Source of the DNA: Verrucomicrobiota bacterium
GTDB taxonomy: Bacteria; Verrucomicrobiota; Verrucomicrobiia; Opitutales; Coraliomargaritaceae
Length of the DNA: 64,000 nucleotides
NCBI GenBank assembly: GCA_039815375.1
Contig: JBCBZJ010000007.1
Location: 1 to 64,000 of the forward strand
Direction: 5' to 3'
The notes below the pieces were generated by a model that saw only the letters and a list, made by a program, of their open reading frames with translations, was not told the DNA's origin and made no database searches. Made by a program: the position numbers and the translations under genes. Below, piece after piece: positions 42,887-52,677 of this stretch (positions are counted from its first letter, which is position 1; each line of letters starts with the position of its first letter).

Positions 42887-43423
42887 ATGAAACGGATTTA
42901 CTTTTCTGCATTATTTTTCGCAGCTATTCTTTCTTTGCCAGTTACTACATGGGGCCAAGAAGCTCCTGAGTTGAAAGTAGATTCATGGGTGCACTTGCCC
43001 CAAGGTATGGAGACTGGTCCTACTCTGAAAAAAGACTGGGCGGGAAAGGTCGTTTATCTCTACTTCTTCCAGTCGTGGTGTCCGGGGTGTCACTCGTCGG
43101 GGCTACCTGCTTTGCGTTCGGCCATTGATACGTATGGTGACAATGATCAAGTGCGTCTCGCTGCAGTGCAGACCGTATTCGAAGGCTTTTACACTAATAC
43201 CGAAGATGCAGCGATTGAGATTGTTGAGCGCTATCAATTGGAGTCCATTCCAGTGGGGCAAAGTGGAACACGTGAATCAGCCTCTAAAGTGATGATAGAT
43301 TTTCGCACCCGAGGTACACCTTGGACCGTTATCATCGCGCCTGACGGAGAAATCGTATACTCCGATTTTCATATCAGCCCGGACAAAGCGAGGCACTTGA
43401 TTGATGGTTTACTTGAGCAGTGA
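42887..43423 (+). CDS. Exported thioredoxin-fold (TlpA/redoxin) protein
   Basis: Signal peptide, GKVVYLYFFQSWCPGCH, QTVFEG, RGTPW. Confidence 0.85.
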   Translation: MKRIYFSALFFAAILSLPVTTWGQEAPELKVDSWVHLPQGMETGPTLKKDWAGKVVYLYFFQSWCPGCHSSGLPALRSAIDTYGDNDQVRLAAVQTVFEGFYTNTEDAAIEIVERYQLESIPVGQSGTRESASKVMIDFRTRGTPWTVIIAPDGEIVYSDFHISPDKARHLIDGLLEQ

Positions 43424-43424
43424 T

Positions 43425-43907
43425 TTAGAGTCGGAAGTGAATACGTGAATGTTCTTTGATCCGTCGAATTCCGAGTGGGCGCCACGTGATGACTAAGTCT
43501 TTGATCAAGTAGCCAACAATTAAGGTCCCCGAATATAGCATGGCAGAGAGAAGCGTCGGCAACTGCCATTTCCAATCGGGTAGGACGACTGCAAGCATTA
43601 CGCCAAGAATTACCAACGGAAGCCCCAGAGTCGACTCGAGGCACATGCAGCGTAGTTCGATTGCCGGCTCGGTTGATTTTCTCAAGCGCATTTCGATCAA
43701 TCGATAAATATCACGTATAAAGCCATGAAGTAATAGAGTCAGTGCGAGACTTGTTATCAAGTTTCCCGCAATCATGCGTTCTGAGAGTTGTTCGCGGAGC
43801 AAGAAGAGCAGCGAGACTGCTACAGTGATGAGACATAACTCAACTTTATCGGCCTTACTGAGTCTGAGCATGCGATTAAGAAAGAGTTTCATCGGAGAAT
43901 ATTCCAT
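43425..43907 (-). CDS. Four-TM membrane protein with CMCLES motif
   Basis: Four hydrophobic segments; RCMCLESTLG in a loop; divergent from the radical SAM gene. Start at 43907 or 43892. Confidence 0.7.
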   Translation of the reverse strand: MEYSPMKLFLNRMLRLSKADKVELCLITVAVSLLFLLREQLSERMIAGNLITSLALTLLLHGFIRDIYRLIEMRLRKSTEPAIELRCMCLESTLGLPLVILGVMLAVVLPDWKWQLPTLLSAMLYSGTLIVGYLIKDLVITWRPLGIRRIKEHSRIHFRL

Positions 43908-43983
43908 AAACGACGGAGGACCCGGAATTTCGGGAATAAATGGATGCGTCTTTGATCATTAACTTAGGCGCTGATCCGAAAAA

Positions 43984-45396
43984 ATGACTGAAACACCACA
44001 ACAAGAGAGAACGCGTCTCTTGGCCGCCCGATGGGAAAGCCTTGCGCCTGAACTAAAGACGAAAACTCAGCTTATTGGGAAGACTGCGGTTGCCTGCGGT
44101 GCAACGCACCACGTTATGGAGCGGTGTAACTTTTCGTGCACGTGTTGCTATTTAGGCGCGGATGCGAATAAGACGGAGCCATTGCCTTTTGAAGATGTCG
44201 CGAAACAGCTCGACGCCATTCGTGAGCACCTTGGAGATGGAGGAAAAACTCAAATTACTGCCGGAGAGGTGACACTTCTGCCGCTTGAAGAACTTGGCCG
44301 CATCGTCCGCTATGCTTTGGAAATTGGCTTGGATCCAATGGTGATGACACATGGGCAGCGATTCCTCGATGAGCCGGAGTATCTGATCGCTCTAGTCCGT
44401 GATTATGGACTGAGTAAAGTTAGCATTCACGTGGATACAACGCAGCGAGGGCGTCATGGCTGCGATAGCCGGATGTCTGAAGCCGACTTACATCGCGTGC
44501 GTGATGCGTTTGCGCAGTTGATACGACGTGTGCGTCGCGAAACCGGCTTACCTTTTGAAGCGGCATCAACGGTTACCGTCACTCAAGGGAATCTCGAATC
44601 GATGCACGCTGTGGTCGAATGGTTTTTATCGAATTGCGATGCGTTTCGTATGCTGAGCTTCCAACCAGTTGCGGATGTTGGCCGAACGCGTAAACATCAG
44701 TCTGCAGTTGAGGTTCAAAACGAAGCCCTTTGGGAGGAAGTGACTTCTGCTTGCGGGCGCGTTCTAAACGCGACGCCCATGCATTTCGGACATCCCAAGT
44801 GTAATACAACGGTCCCGATGGTGATTGCTCGTGTCGGGCGTGAACGCGTGATTTTTGAGGCGATTCGTGAAAAATCGGACGCAGATGAATCCATTTTTCA
44901 AGCAGCAGTTGAAACGATTGGCCCCGCGATGGACTGGACACGATCAATCGTCGGAAATTTACCAGCACTGCTGAAAATCATGTATTCCAAGCCTCGCTTT
45001 ACGCTCGGTGTGATGAACTACAGTATCAGACGTGTGTGGGATGAACGCCAACGAATCCTTAAACTCATCGGGCTTTCAGTGTATCAGCTCAAGCTCCCCA
45101 AAGTTAAACCTTTCATCCTCGTTGTGCATAATTTCATGAGCCCCGGCGAGATGGATACTGAAGTCGGTAAAGCACGTCTTGAGGCCTGCGTTTTTAAAGT
45201 GCCCGTCGATGGCCAAATGATTTCAATGTGCGAAATGAACGCGTCTGGACTTCGGGCCAAGATTGATCAGATGCAACTCAAGCGACCTAAGGTAGTTGAA
45301 AGCGCGCCTGATCGTTTAGCGCCCAGTCGTATTCGAGAAAGTCGATTGCATACTCCGACGCCAGAGCCTGGTCCAGTTCCGTTTGCTGAGCTTTAG
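43984..45396 (+). CDS. Radical SAM protein
   Basis: CNFSCTCC (CxxxCxxC), ITAGEVT (GGE-like), SFQPVADVGR, three further Cys in HPKC, ACVF and MCEMN. Confidence 0.9.
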   Translation: MTETPQQERTRLLAARWESLAPELKTKTQLIGKTAVACGATHHVMERCNFSCTCCYLGADANKTEPLPFEDVAKQLDAIREHLGDGGKTQITAGEVTLLPLEELGRIVRYALEIGLDPMVMTHGQRFLDEPEYLIALVRDYGLSKVSIHVDTTQRGRHGCDSRMSEADLHRVRDAFAQLIRRVRRETGLPFEAASTVTVTQGNLESMHAVVEWFLSNCDAFRMLSFQPVADVGRTRKHQSAVEVQNEALWEEVTSACGRVLNATPMHFGHPKCNTTVPMVIARVGRERVIFEAIREKSDADESIFQAAVETIGPAMDWTRSIVGNLPALLKIMYSKPRFTLGVMNYSIRRVWDERQRILKLIGLSVYQLKLPKVKPFILVVHNFMSPGEMDTEVGKARLEACVFKVPVDGQMISMCEMNASGLRAKIDQMQLKRPKVVESAPDRLAPSRIRESRLHTPTPEPGPVPFAEL

Positions 45397-46132
45397 ACAA
45401 GTAAGGTCTCAGGTAATGAACCAATGCAAGTTTCCGGCCTTTGCCGCCAACATCAGTGAAATCCTCGTCATACCAATCGTAGATAGATGATATCAGAATG
45501 GTGCGCGCTTCGTGGTCTATTTGAAATTGCTCTGCACTACGGACGAATTTTTCTGTTTCACGCTCCAGCTGTTGTTCCAATTGACCCGCTTCGAACGCCT
45601 CCCGTGGCAGTGCTGGACAGCCCTCGGATGCGCAGTTTAAAGCGAAATGTAATCTCGGGTCTTTATAGCGCTTGCGAATCAGTTTGTTCTCGAGCCAATA
45701 AAGGCTTCTCCGTTTGCCACCAAATTCGAATTTTTGAGCTGCAAAGAAACCACCTCCAGCAAATAGGCTATAGGCCGAGAATTTCTTCACGTCTCGAACC
45801 GATTCGATGGGGTAATGCCTGACAACTCCGTAGACCGCGGCGATATTGTAGGCGTTGAGCCAGTAGGCATATGCGGCCGCCTCGCTGCCGAAGAGCTCTG
45901 GATGAGAATCCGGTGAATACGCTCGGATCCACTCATAGGCGGCATTCAGTGTCTCGGGTTTCCTCTGGACCTCACCGTAGTTGATACGGCCTTCATTATC
46001 TACGCTCTCATGCAGAAAAGCGTTCCAGAGTGAGGTGAGTTCATGGTCTTTGGAAGCTGCGGAGGCGTTGATCAGACTGTAAAACGAGAGAACAAGAAAA
46101 AGACAGATGTTTCTGTGAGTAGAGTAGGTCAT
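45287..46132 (-). CDS. DUF547 domain exported protein
   Basis: GRINY, AYWLNAYN, DPRLHFALNCASEGCP, SSIYDWYDEDF, YDWALN. Start moved to ATG 46132. Confidence 0.9.
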   Translation of the reverse strand: MTYSTHRNICLFLVLSFYSLINASAASKDHELTSLWNAFLHESVDNEGRINYGEVQRKPETLNAAYEWIRAYSPDSHPELFGSEAAAYAYWLNAYNIAAVYGVVRHYPIESVRDVKKFSAYSLFAGGGFFAAQKFEFGGKRRSLYWLENKLIRKRYKDPRLHFALNCASEGCPALPREAFEAGQLEQQLERETEKFVRSAEQFQIDHEARTILISSIYDWYDEDFTDVGGKGRKLALVHYLRPYLSKAQQTELDQALASEYAIDFLEYDWALNDQARFQLP

Positions 46133-46267
46133 TGAGCTTAAGAGCCGACAGATTCGTTGGAATTCCCGCGGCATCGAAAGATTGAGCCTCTAAGCACTCT
46201 GAAGTCAGACGTATTTTATTTTAATGGGTAGTTCTTGTCCGTAAAGATTGATTACCTGAGGCTGAAC

Positions 46268-46410
46268 CGACGTGCCCCCAAAGTTAGTCCCAGCTAAAAT
46301 GAGAGAACTGAAGGTCTAAGTTCTAGTTGTGGTTGTGTAGTTGTAAGCCTGTTGATGCCTTCTTGCTCCCCTAGGCGCGCGCGATTTTTCCGCGAAGGCA
46401 GGTTCTTTGG
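46268..46410 (-). mobile_element. Remnant right end of an IS3-family element
   Basis: Minus strand ...TCTCTCATTTTAGCTGGGACTAACTTTGGGGGCACGTCG resembles IS3/IS407-group right ends (CTCTCA...GGAC...GGGGGCA.GTCA) with the terminal CA changed; preceded by EPAFAEK, like the P..FA tail of OrfB. No transposase present. Confidence 0.45.
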
Positions 46411-46599
46411 TTTACCTCGTCGACAAGACGATCCAGCACTCGGTTTTGACTGCTGTCGGCTTAAAAGAGAGGCAAGAGTAAAAGACCCGACGTCTTTATA
46501 GGGCTCTCAAACTCAGTTACAGTTATCCTCATAGTCAGCCATGTGGCGCTGCAGTGATCCCGTGCCAGATGTCGAACGGTTGCTAGAATCTAAAGAATT

Positions 46600-47595
46600 C
46601 TACGATTGGAAGGGATGAGGTAAATCAAGGTTCGCAGCCTCTAACAGACGGTTGAGCATCTCTAAATCATTATCCCGCAGTTCAAGTTGCCCAGCCTTCG
46701 CATTCTCCAAAGCCTGAGCCCGGTTACGTGCGCCACAGAGCACATGTGTCACGGTTTGCTGAGCAATTGTCCATGCAATGACAAGTTGAGCAATCGTCAC
46801 TCCGTAAGACTCAGCCATAGGACTTATGCTGCTGAGAAAGGAATTCACTCTCTGTCGGTTCTCAACCGTGAAACGAGGACTCCAGGAACGGACGTCATCT
46901 GCTTCAAATTTTCGGCCTGTGCTCACTTTTCCGGTCAGCATTCCCATAGCCAAGGGAGAATACGCGAGAACAGAAGCCCCTGAGGTGTGTGCAAGTGGTG
47001 CGAGCTCTGCCTCGATCTCCCGGTCGATCATACTGAATTTTTCCTGAATCGAATCAAGCGACGTCACCGTCTCGTAACGCCGGAACAATTCCGCGTCCAC
47101 ATTGCAGGCGCCAATCGCCAGAATTTTTCCTTCTTCCTTCAACTTCAGCAACTCCGACATCGTCTCTTCAACTTCGGTCGTGTTGTCCGGCCAGTGGGTT
47201 TGAAGGAGATCAATTCGATCCGTTCGAAGGCGGTGCAGAGATCTTTCGACCTCCTCTCGAATTCGGACGGGTTTGAGGTTTCTGTAGATTCGAATGTCTC
47301 CATTTTCGAAAGCAAATTGACCTTCTTCGATGTCCCAGCGCATCCCAACCTTCGTTGCGATGCAGAGCTGTTCCCGTCGACCCTCAATGGCGCGGCCGAC
47401 AAGCTCTTCGGCCAGCCCTTGACCGTATATTGGTGCCGTATCAATAAAGTTTATTCCCTCATCAATCGCAGCGTGAATCGCTTCGATTGAAGCATTCTCG
47501 TCAGTGCCACCCCATTCGGAACCGCCGATTGCCCAAGTGCCTAGTACAAGCACGGATCCTTCGATCTCGGTGGTTCCTATCTGTTTCGTCTGCAT
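46600..47595 (-). CDS. Aldo/keto reductase
   Basis: LGTWAIGG, IDTAPIYG, IATKVG, SLHRLRTDRIDLLQTHWPD, AYSPLAMGMLTGK. Confidence 0.93.
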   Translation of the reverse strand: MQTKQIGTTEIEGSVLVLGTWAIGGSEWGGTDENASIEAIHAAIDEGINFIDTAPIYGQGLAEELVGRAIEGRREQLCIATKVGMRWDIEEGQFAFENGDIRIYRNLKPVRIREEVERSLHRLRTDRIDLLQTHWPDNTTEVEETMSELLKLKEEGKILAIGACNVDAELFRRYETVTSLDSIQEKFSMIDREIEAELAPLAHTSGASVLAYSPLAMGMLTGKVSTGRKFEADDVRSWSPRFTVENRQRVNSFLSSISPMAESYGVTIAQLVIAWTIAQQTVTHVLCGARNRAQALENAKAGQLELRDNDLEMLNRLLEAANLDLPHPFQS

Positions 47596-47614
47596 GGTAT
47601 AAAATGGCTTTATT

Positions 47615-48772
47615 CTAATTTCTGAATGCTTCGTCGTCGATCATGCCATACTTGACAAGCAGCGCGGTGACTTCGTCCCAGCGGTCGGCTGACATATGCA
47701 GAAGAGGAAGCTCGTCATCACCGCGAACGTATTCACGCTCGATATCGAAACGCCTTTTCACCTCATTCGGACTATAGTCCACATCGGTTGAGTAGCGGCT
47801 CGTGATCTCTGCAGCTTGGTCCGGCTGCTCGAGGTAAAAGTCAACCGCCTCGGCGAGTGCGGCGAGAAAACGGCGAGGCAGGTCCGGATCCTTTTCGAGT
47901 GTTTCACGGCGCACCACGACGATATCGCAGTATTGCTTCCAGCCGAGGTCGTGGAAAAAGAAAGGACGCCAGTTCTGATAGCCGTTTTGCTCCAACATTC
48001 TCGGTTGTGCCAGAATCCAAGCTGCCCAGTGATCGACCACTCCGGTAATCAATGCATCCGGGGTGGAGCCGGTCCAACGAACCCGGACCCGATTCGGATC
48101 AAGATTGAAATGGTCGACCAGAAACTCAACGTAGTGGGTGCGTCCGCGAATGACGCCAATGGTAGTGTCGAGAAAATCCTCGGGTCTTACAATGTCATCG
48201 CTTGACTCCGATTGCTCGACTCCCGAGTCAAGGGAAAGATAGGCCACCGGATTTTTCTTTAGGAAAGATGCGAGGCCAACCACATCGCCGGTCGTTCGAC
48301 TCGCAGCAAAGACCGGAAGATTCATGCCGTCTGCCGTAATCGCGAAGTCCACCTGTCCGCCGACGAGTGTCTGGAGGTGGTCCCGACCTGGACCACCGGC
48401 GAATAGATCAACTTCCAAGCCCACTTGTTCAAAGAAGCCTTTCTCAATGCCGATGTAGATAGGCGAAAAACCGTCACTCATGATCCACGGCATGCCGACC
48501 CGAATCTTCCGCAACCCGGTCTTTGATTCCGCGAATCGCTCAAAGTCTTCTTCGGCAGGGAGGTATGCGTTACTCATGTATTTTTGCGCAGGAAAACGCT
48601 CTTTCACGGTGGCCAATATTTCCTCGTATTCCAAATCCGATTTCCGATCTTCGAGTTCGGTGACCTGTATCCCGGAGGTATCCGAACCGGACTTATCTCC
48701 ACAACCCGCACTAATTGAGCAGATTAAAATCGAGAAGCAAACAAGTGTAAGATGAGGAGATTTTTTCATCAT
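47615..48772 (-). CDS. ABC substrate-binding lipoprotein, NMT1/THI5 family
   Basis: Lipobox ISAGC; GMPW....FSPIYIGIEKGFFEQVGLEV...GGPG; LVGGQVDFAI. Confidence 0.85.
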   Translation of the reverse strand: MMKKSPHLTLVCFSILICSISAGCGDKSGSDTSGIQVTELEDRKSDLEYEEILATVKERFPAQKYMSNAYLPAEEDFERFAESKTGLRKIRVGMPWIMSDGFSPIYIGIEKGFFEQVGLEVDLFAGGPGRDHLQTLVGGQVDFAITADGMNLPVFAASRTTGDVVGLASFLKKNPVAYLSLDSGVEQSESSDDIVRPEDFLDTTIGVIRGRTHYVEFLVDHFNLDPNRVRVRWTGSTPDALITGVVDHWAAWILAQPRMLEQNGYQNWRPFFFHDLGWKQYCDIVVVRRETLEKDPDLPRRFLAALAEAVDFYLEQPDQAAEITSRYSTDVDYSPNEVKRRFDIEREYVRGDDELPLLHMSADRWDEVTALLVKYGMIDDEAFRN

Positions 48773-49788
48773 TCAGGTTCTTTAAAATAGCGGACCGTGG
48801 GCAAAAGCTGTGACTCGGGTAGTTCGCCCAGTTCCTCATGAAAAATACGTTCGGCTTCTTCAAGACTCTCGGCAGACCGTAGCTTCATGATACCGTGCGA
48901 TACGGTTTTCGCCATCACGGCCGGATCGAAAAACAACATTACCGCAGCGAGAGGACCGACATGAACCGGTGTGCCCCACGGGCCATGGGTGTTGACCCGC
49001 CGCAGGCCGAGCTCGCCCTTCGCCGCAAGCGGTGCCAGTGGCTCGACCGGATCGGGATAAGCCTCGCAGGCTGCGATCATTTCGGCAACGTCGCCCTGGG
49101 TTAAACCATGAGCTCCGAGATAACCGCCAGCTGCCATGACAACGCCAACGCGCTCATCGAGTTCGGAAATTTGCATTTCACCATCACAACCGTAACCGGA
49201 TACCCCGTAAAAAACCGGGCAGGGCAGTTCAAGTAGTGCACCGATCGACATGAAGTCGACCAATGAGGTATGCGCGAGTTGGACTTCGTCACCGCGATGA
49301 AAGGAGTCGGAGCCAATGTCGACGCCGACGACCAGATCAATCTGCCGCTCTTCAACGAACTGTTTCAATCCGTGCGCGAGCCCGACCGGACCATTGAGAA
49401 GACTTGCGACGAATGGAGTGCCCGGAAGCATATCGGCAAGAACAGCCTCTGCCGGCTGGCAACCATTCAACTGACTATTTGTTGTGACTTTGCGAATATT
49501 CGGTGCCAACAAATCGGTCCTGCTGAGTTGGTCGATATCGTAGAGGGTCGGCCCGAGAACGGAGACACCAAAAACATCGGATTGCGGTTTTCCATCCGGC
49601 ATCCACCACTGGCAATTCACACCGCCAATGTAAACCTCCTCAAAGTTAAGTTGCCTGAAGAGTCGACCGAGCGGGATGCCCTGTATAACGTCGCCGCCGC
49701 CTCCGAGACCCATAATAAGTGCACGCTTGCTTCTCATCGCCACCTCAAGGAGTGACGGCCGAATCTTGGGTGCGGATTCCTCTTTCAT
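48769..49788 (-). CDS. DUF1152 family protein
   Basis: GLGGGGDV, VGVDIGSDS, SLVDF, GYGCDGE motifs. Confidence 0.75.
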   Translation of the reverse strand: MKEESAPKIRPSLLEVAMRSKRALIMGLGGGGDVIQGIPLGRLFRQLNFEEVYIGGVNCQWWMPDGKPQSDVFGVSVLGPTLYDIDQLSRTDLLAPNIRKVTTNSQLNGCQPAEAVLADMLPGTPFVASLLNGPVGLAHGLKQFVEERQIDLVVGVDIGSDSFHRGDEVQLAHTSLVDFMSIGALLELPCPVFYGVSGYGCDGEMQISELDERVGVVMAAGGYLGAHGLTQGDVAEMIAACEAYPDPVEPLAPLAAKGELGLRRVNTHGPWGTPVHVGPLAAVMLFFDPAVMAKTVSHGIMKLRSAESLEEAERIFHEELGELPESQLLPTVRYFKEPE

Positions 49789-49809
49789 GTATCAGAAAGT
49801 ATAGCTGGA

Positions 49810-50562
49810 TTAATCAAGTGAATGATCGGTTTTCCACCGGAAGATACGTTGGTCAGCCACACGGATGCCGATGTAGAAGACGACCGAAAGCAAACTGGCA
49901 ATCAGGGCGACCGCGTAGAGTCGATCTGCACGATACTCCGTAGTCGATTGAACGATCAAATAGCCAAGACCCTCGCTGGCAAAAAACCACTCAGCGATGA
50001 TAGCTCCAATGATGCTTCCGGTGAATGCAATTTCGTGCGCAGCCATGTAAAAGGGCAGCGCTGATGGCCAGCGAACCTTTAAAAAGACCTGCCAGCGCGA
50101 GGCGTTCAAGGTCCGCATCCGGTCCAGCAGGACATCCGGTGTGGCACGAAGTCCTTTCTTCAAGTTGGCAAGTAGTGGAAAGAAAGTAACCAGAACGACG
50201 ATAATAAGTTTCGGCCCGATCGTATCCCCCATTGTCACGATCAGGATACTCGCGATCGCGACATAGGGAATATTCCGGATAATTACCGTCCAGGGTGTGA
50301 TGAAATGCTCCAGCCCCCGAACGTATAAAAAGGAAACCGCCAGACTGACCGCGAGCAGGTTTGAAATGATATAACCTAGAATTGCAACTTTGAGCGTTGC
50401 TACGGTATGGCCGAAAAGGCTGGTGCGTTCCTCCCACAAAAGCTCCGCAACCATCTGCGGCGGCGGTAAAATGGAAGAGGGGAGCTGACTCAACGCAGTC
50501 GCCACGAACCAGACGATGGGAAGGGAAACAAGAACGAGAAGGTAGCTCTTGAATTCTCTCAT
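49810..50562 (-). CDS. ABC permease (SsuC/TauC-type)
   Basis: ILPPP, IPYVAIA, FFPLL, NASRWQVFLKVRWPSALP, GAIIAEW...GLG. Confidence 0.92.
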   Translation of the reverse strand: MREFKSYLLVLVSLPIVWFVATALSQLPSSILPPPQMVAELLWEERTSLFGHTVATLKVAILGYIISNLLAVSLAVSFLYVRGLEHFITPWTVIIRNIPYVAIASILIVTMGDTIGPKLIIVVLVTFFPLLANLKKGLRATPDVLLDRMRTLNASRWQVFLKVRWPSALPFYMAAHEIAFTGSIIGAIIAEWFFASEGLGYLIVQSTTEYRADRLYAVALIASLLSVVFYIGIRVADQRIFRWKTDHSLD

Positions 50563-51344
50563 TTCGCCATTCCTTCCGTGATCTCGTAGAGCTTACTTCG
50601 AATCTCGGCAACCAACTCCAAAAAGTCTTTTTCGCTGCGCAACTTCCGCGAGCGCGGTTGGGCAAAAGGGATGTTGATAATCTCTGAAATACGCCCCGGG
50701 CGGGGTGAGAGTAGGGCGATACGGTCTGCCAGCATAACGGCCTCGTCGACACTATGGGTAATCAAGACTGCCGTTTGCTTGCTCTCCTGAAGAATCGAAC
50801 TCAGCCATTCGCCAAGTAGCTCCCGCGTCAACTCGTCGAGTGCTCCAAAAGGCTCGTCCAGCAAGACCAGCGACGGATCATGGACCAGTGCACACGCGAT
50901 GTTAGCGCGTTGACGCATCCCGCCGGAAAGTTCGTGCGGGTAAGCGTCCATGAATTCACCAAGCCCAAACTGCTCAAGGATCTCCTCGACACTCCGTTGT
51001 GGTTGAGCACCGGTCACTTCGAGAGAAAGGGCAACATTGCGTCGCGCACTGCGCGAATCAACCAGGGCCGGTTGTTGGAAAGCGACACCAACCTGTGCGC
51101 CACGGCAAGCCTCTTCCGGGGACACTCCAAAGACCTGAACCTTTCCGTCAGTGGGAGTTTCCAGACCGGCGAAAATACGCAGCAGGGTCGTTTTTCCGCA
51201 GCCCGAAGGCCCGATCAGCGCGACGAATTCACCTGAATCGATACTAAGGTTGATATCGCGCAACGCCTCGACTGTTCCATCGAAGGATTTTGACAGTTGA
51301 GAGGCAACGACTGCTCCGCCTGGGCTCATGTTTGGTGCAAACAT
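50559..51344 (-). CDS. ABC ATP-binding protein (SsuB/TauB-type)
   Basis: GPSGCGKTT, LSGGMRQR, LLDEPFGALD, ITHSVDEA, SPRPGRI. Confidence 0.95.
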   Translation of the reverse strand: MFAPNMSPGGAVVASQLSKSFDGTVEALRDINLSIDSGEFVALIGPSGCGKTTLLRIFAGLETPTDGKVQVFGVSPEEACRGAQVGVAFQQPALVDSRSARRNVALSLEVTGAQPQRSVEEILEQFGLGEFMDAYPHELSGGMRQRANIACALVHDPSLVLLDEPFGALDELTRELLGEWLSSILQESKQTAVLITHSVDEAVMLADRIALLSPRPGRISEIINIPFAQPRSRKLRSEKDFLELVAEIRSKLYEITEGMAK

Positions 51345-51457
51345 CTAGGAAGAGTGGGGATCAGGACCTTCTTCGTCGGCTTCCAAGGCAGTAACCAACA
51401 TGGCATAGTGTCAGGAAAAAGTAGCAGTGAGCCTTACCCGTAAACATAGCATCGGGG

Positions 51458-51473
51458 AGCTTTTTCCATGCCA
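51458..51473 (-). promoter_or_regulatory. Possible sigma-54 promoter for the ABC operon
   Basis: Minus strand TGGCATGGAAAAAGCT, GG-N10-GC; the TT before GC is replaced by AA. Confidence 0.35.
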
Positions 51474-51547
51474 ATCGCCCTTTATGCCACTACGAAAGGT
51501 CTCGGTCGCACGGTCTGCTCCGCCCTTCAATCCGGAGGGTCCGACCT

Positions 51548-51563
51548 TGGCTTGGATTCTGCT
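51548..51563 (+). promoter_or_regulatory. Possible sigma-54 promoter for the deaminase-P450 pair
   Basis: TGGCTTGGATTCTGCT, GG-N10-GC, about 75 nt before ATG 51637. Confidence 0.35.
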
Positions 51564-51636
51564 CAACAGTCATTGTGGCCCACCGTTCGACCTTTTTCTT
51601 AAAACTTCGTTTAGGCCCCTTCTGGCATATGATTCG

Positions 51637-52674
51637 ATGAGTTCGATGGAGAGACCTGGTGTTACCCAAGCAAGCGAATTGCAGAAGTTTCGGGAACTTA
51701 TGCAGAAGCTTCCAAAAACGGATATGCATTTGCACATTGAGGGCTCCATCAGCCTTTCTGAATATGCTGAGGTCAACGAGATCAAGGCCGGCTGGGAGCC
51801 ACCGGGATGGGGCCTGGATTATCGTTATCCGAACTTTACTGTTTTTGAAGAATTCATTTTAGGTTATGCCGATCAATGGTTCAACAGTCCCGAACGCTAC
51901 GCCCGCTCGGCGAAAAGTTTATTCGAACGAAAGATCGCGGAGGGTGTTCGCTACCTCGAATGCAGTTTTGCCTTCATTGTTTGCGAGCAACAGGAACTTC
52001 CGGTTGATGAGATTGTTGATGCGATTATTTCAGTCGTGCCGAATGGGCTGCATGTCCGTCTTTTCTGCGGACTTCATCACACGAGTTGGTCCACGAAGAC
52101 GCGACCCGCTCTTGAGCGGTTGATTGAACTCAACGCTCTAACCGGGATCGATCTGCACGGTCCTGAGCTCTATCCGGTTCGTGAGTGGATGTTGGACTAT
52201 TGGCCAGCGGCACAGGATCGGGGTAAATTCACTAAAGCACATGCGGGCGAGCTGGGAGGTGCATGGCATGTCACCGAGGCGGTCGAAAAGCTTGGCGTGC
52301 GTCGTATCGAGCATGGGTTTCGAGCCATTGAAGACGATGCCGTCGTCGATTTACTACGTGCTGAGAATGTCCTCCTCGATGTCTGTCCAATTAGCAATTA
52401 CAAGCTTCAGACGGTGAACTCGTATCAGGACCATCCGATGATTCAGTTGCTTGAAAGAGGTATTTCAATGACCATCAATACCGACGACCCTTTCATTTTT
52501 GGGAATACGATCACCGACGAATTCGATGTGCTTGCAAGAGAAACTTCGCTTTCAAAAAAGACACTTTTGCAACTGGCCCGCAATGGTTTCGAATATGCCC
52601 TTCTTTCAGATGAAGAGCGATGCGTTTTACTAGCTGAATTTGATGAGACGGTAGAGGGGGTGGCCTTATCTTGA
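51637..52674 (+). CDS. Adenosine/adenine deaminase family protein
   Basis: LPKTDMHLHIEG, AHAGE, RIEHG, CPISN, NTDDP all intact. Start moved to ATG 51637 (51646 possible). Confidence 0.9.
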   Translation: MSSMERPGVTQASELQKFRELMQKLPKTDMHLHIEGSISLSEYAEVNEIKAGWEPPGWGLDYRYPNFTVFEEFILGYADQWFNSPERYARSAKSLFERKIAEGVRYLECSFAFIVCEQQELPVDEIVDAIISVVPNGLHVRLFCGLHHTSWSTKTRPALERLIELNALTGIDLHGPELYPVREWMLDYWPAAQDRGKFTKAHAGELGGAWHVTEAVEKLGVRRIEHGFRAIEDDAVVDLLRAENVLLDVCPISNYKLQTVNSYQDHPMIQLLERGISMTINTDDPFIFGNTITDEFDVLARETSLSKKTLLQLARNGFEYALLSDEERCVLLAEFDETVEGVALS

Positions 52675-52677
52675 GCC

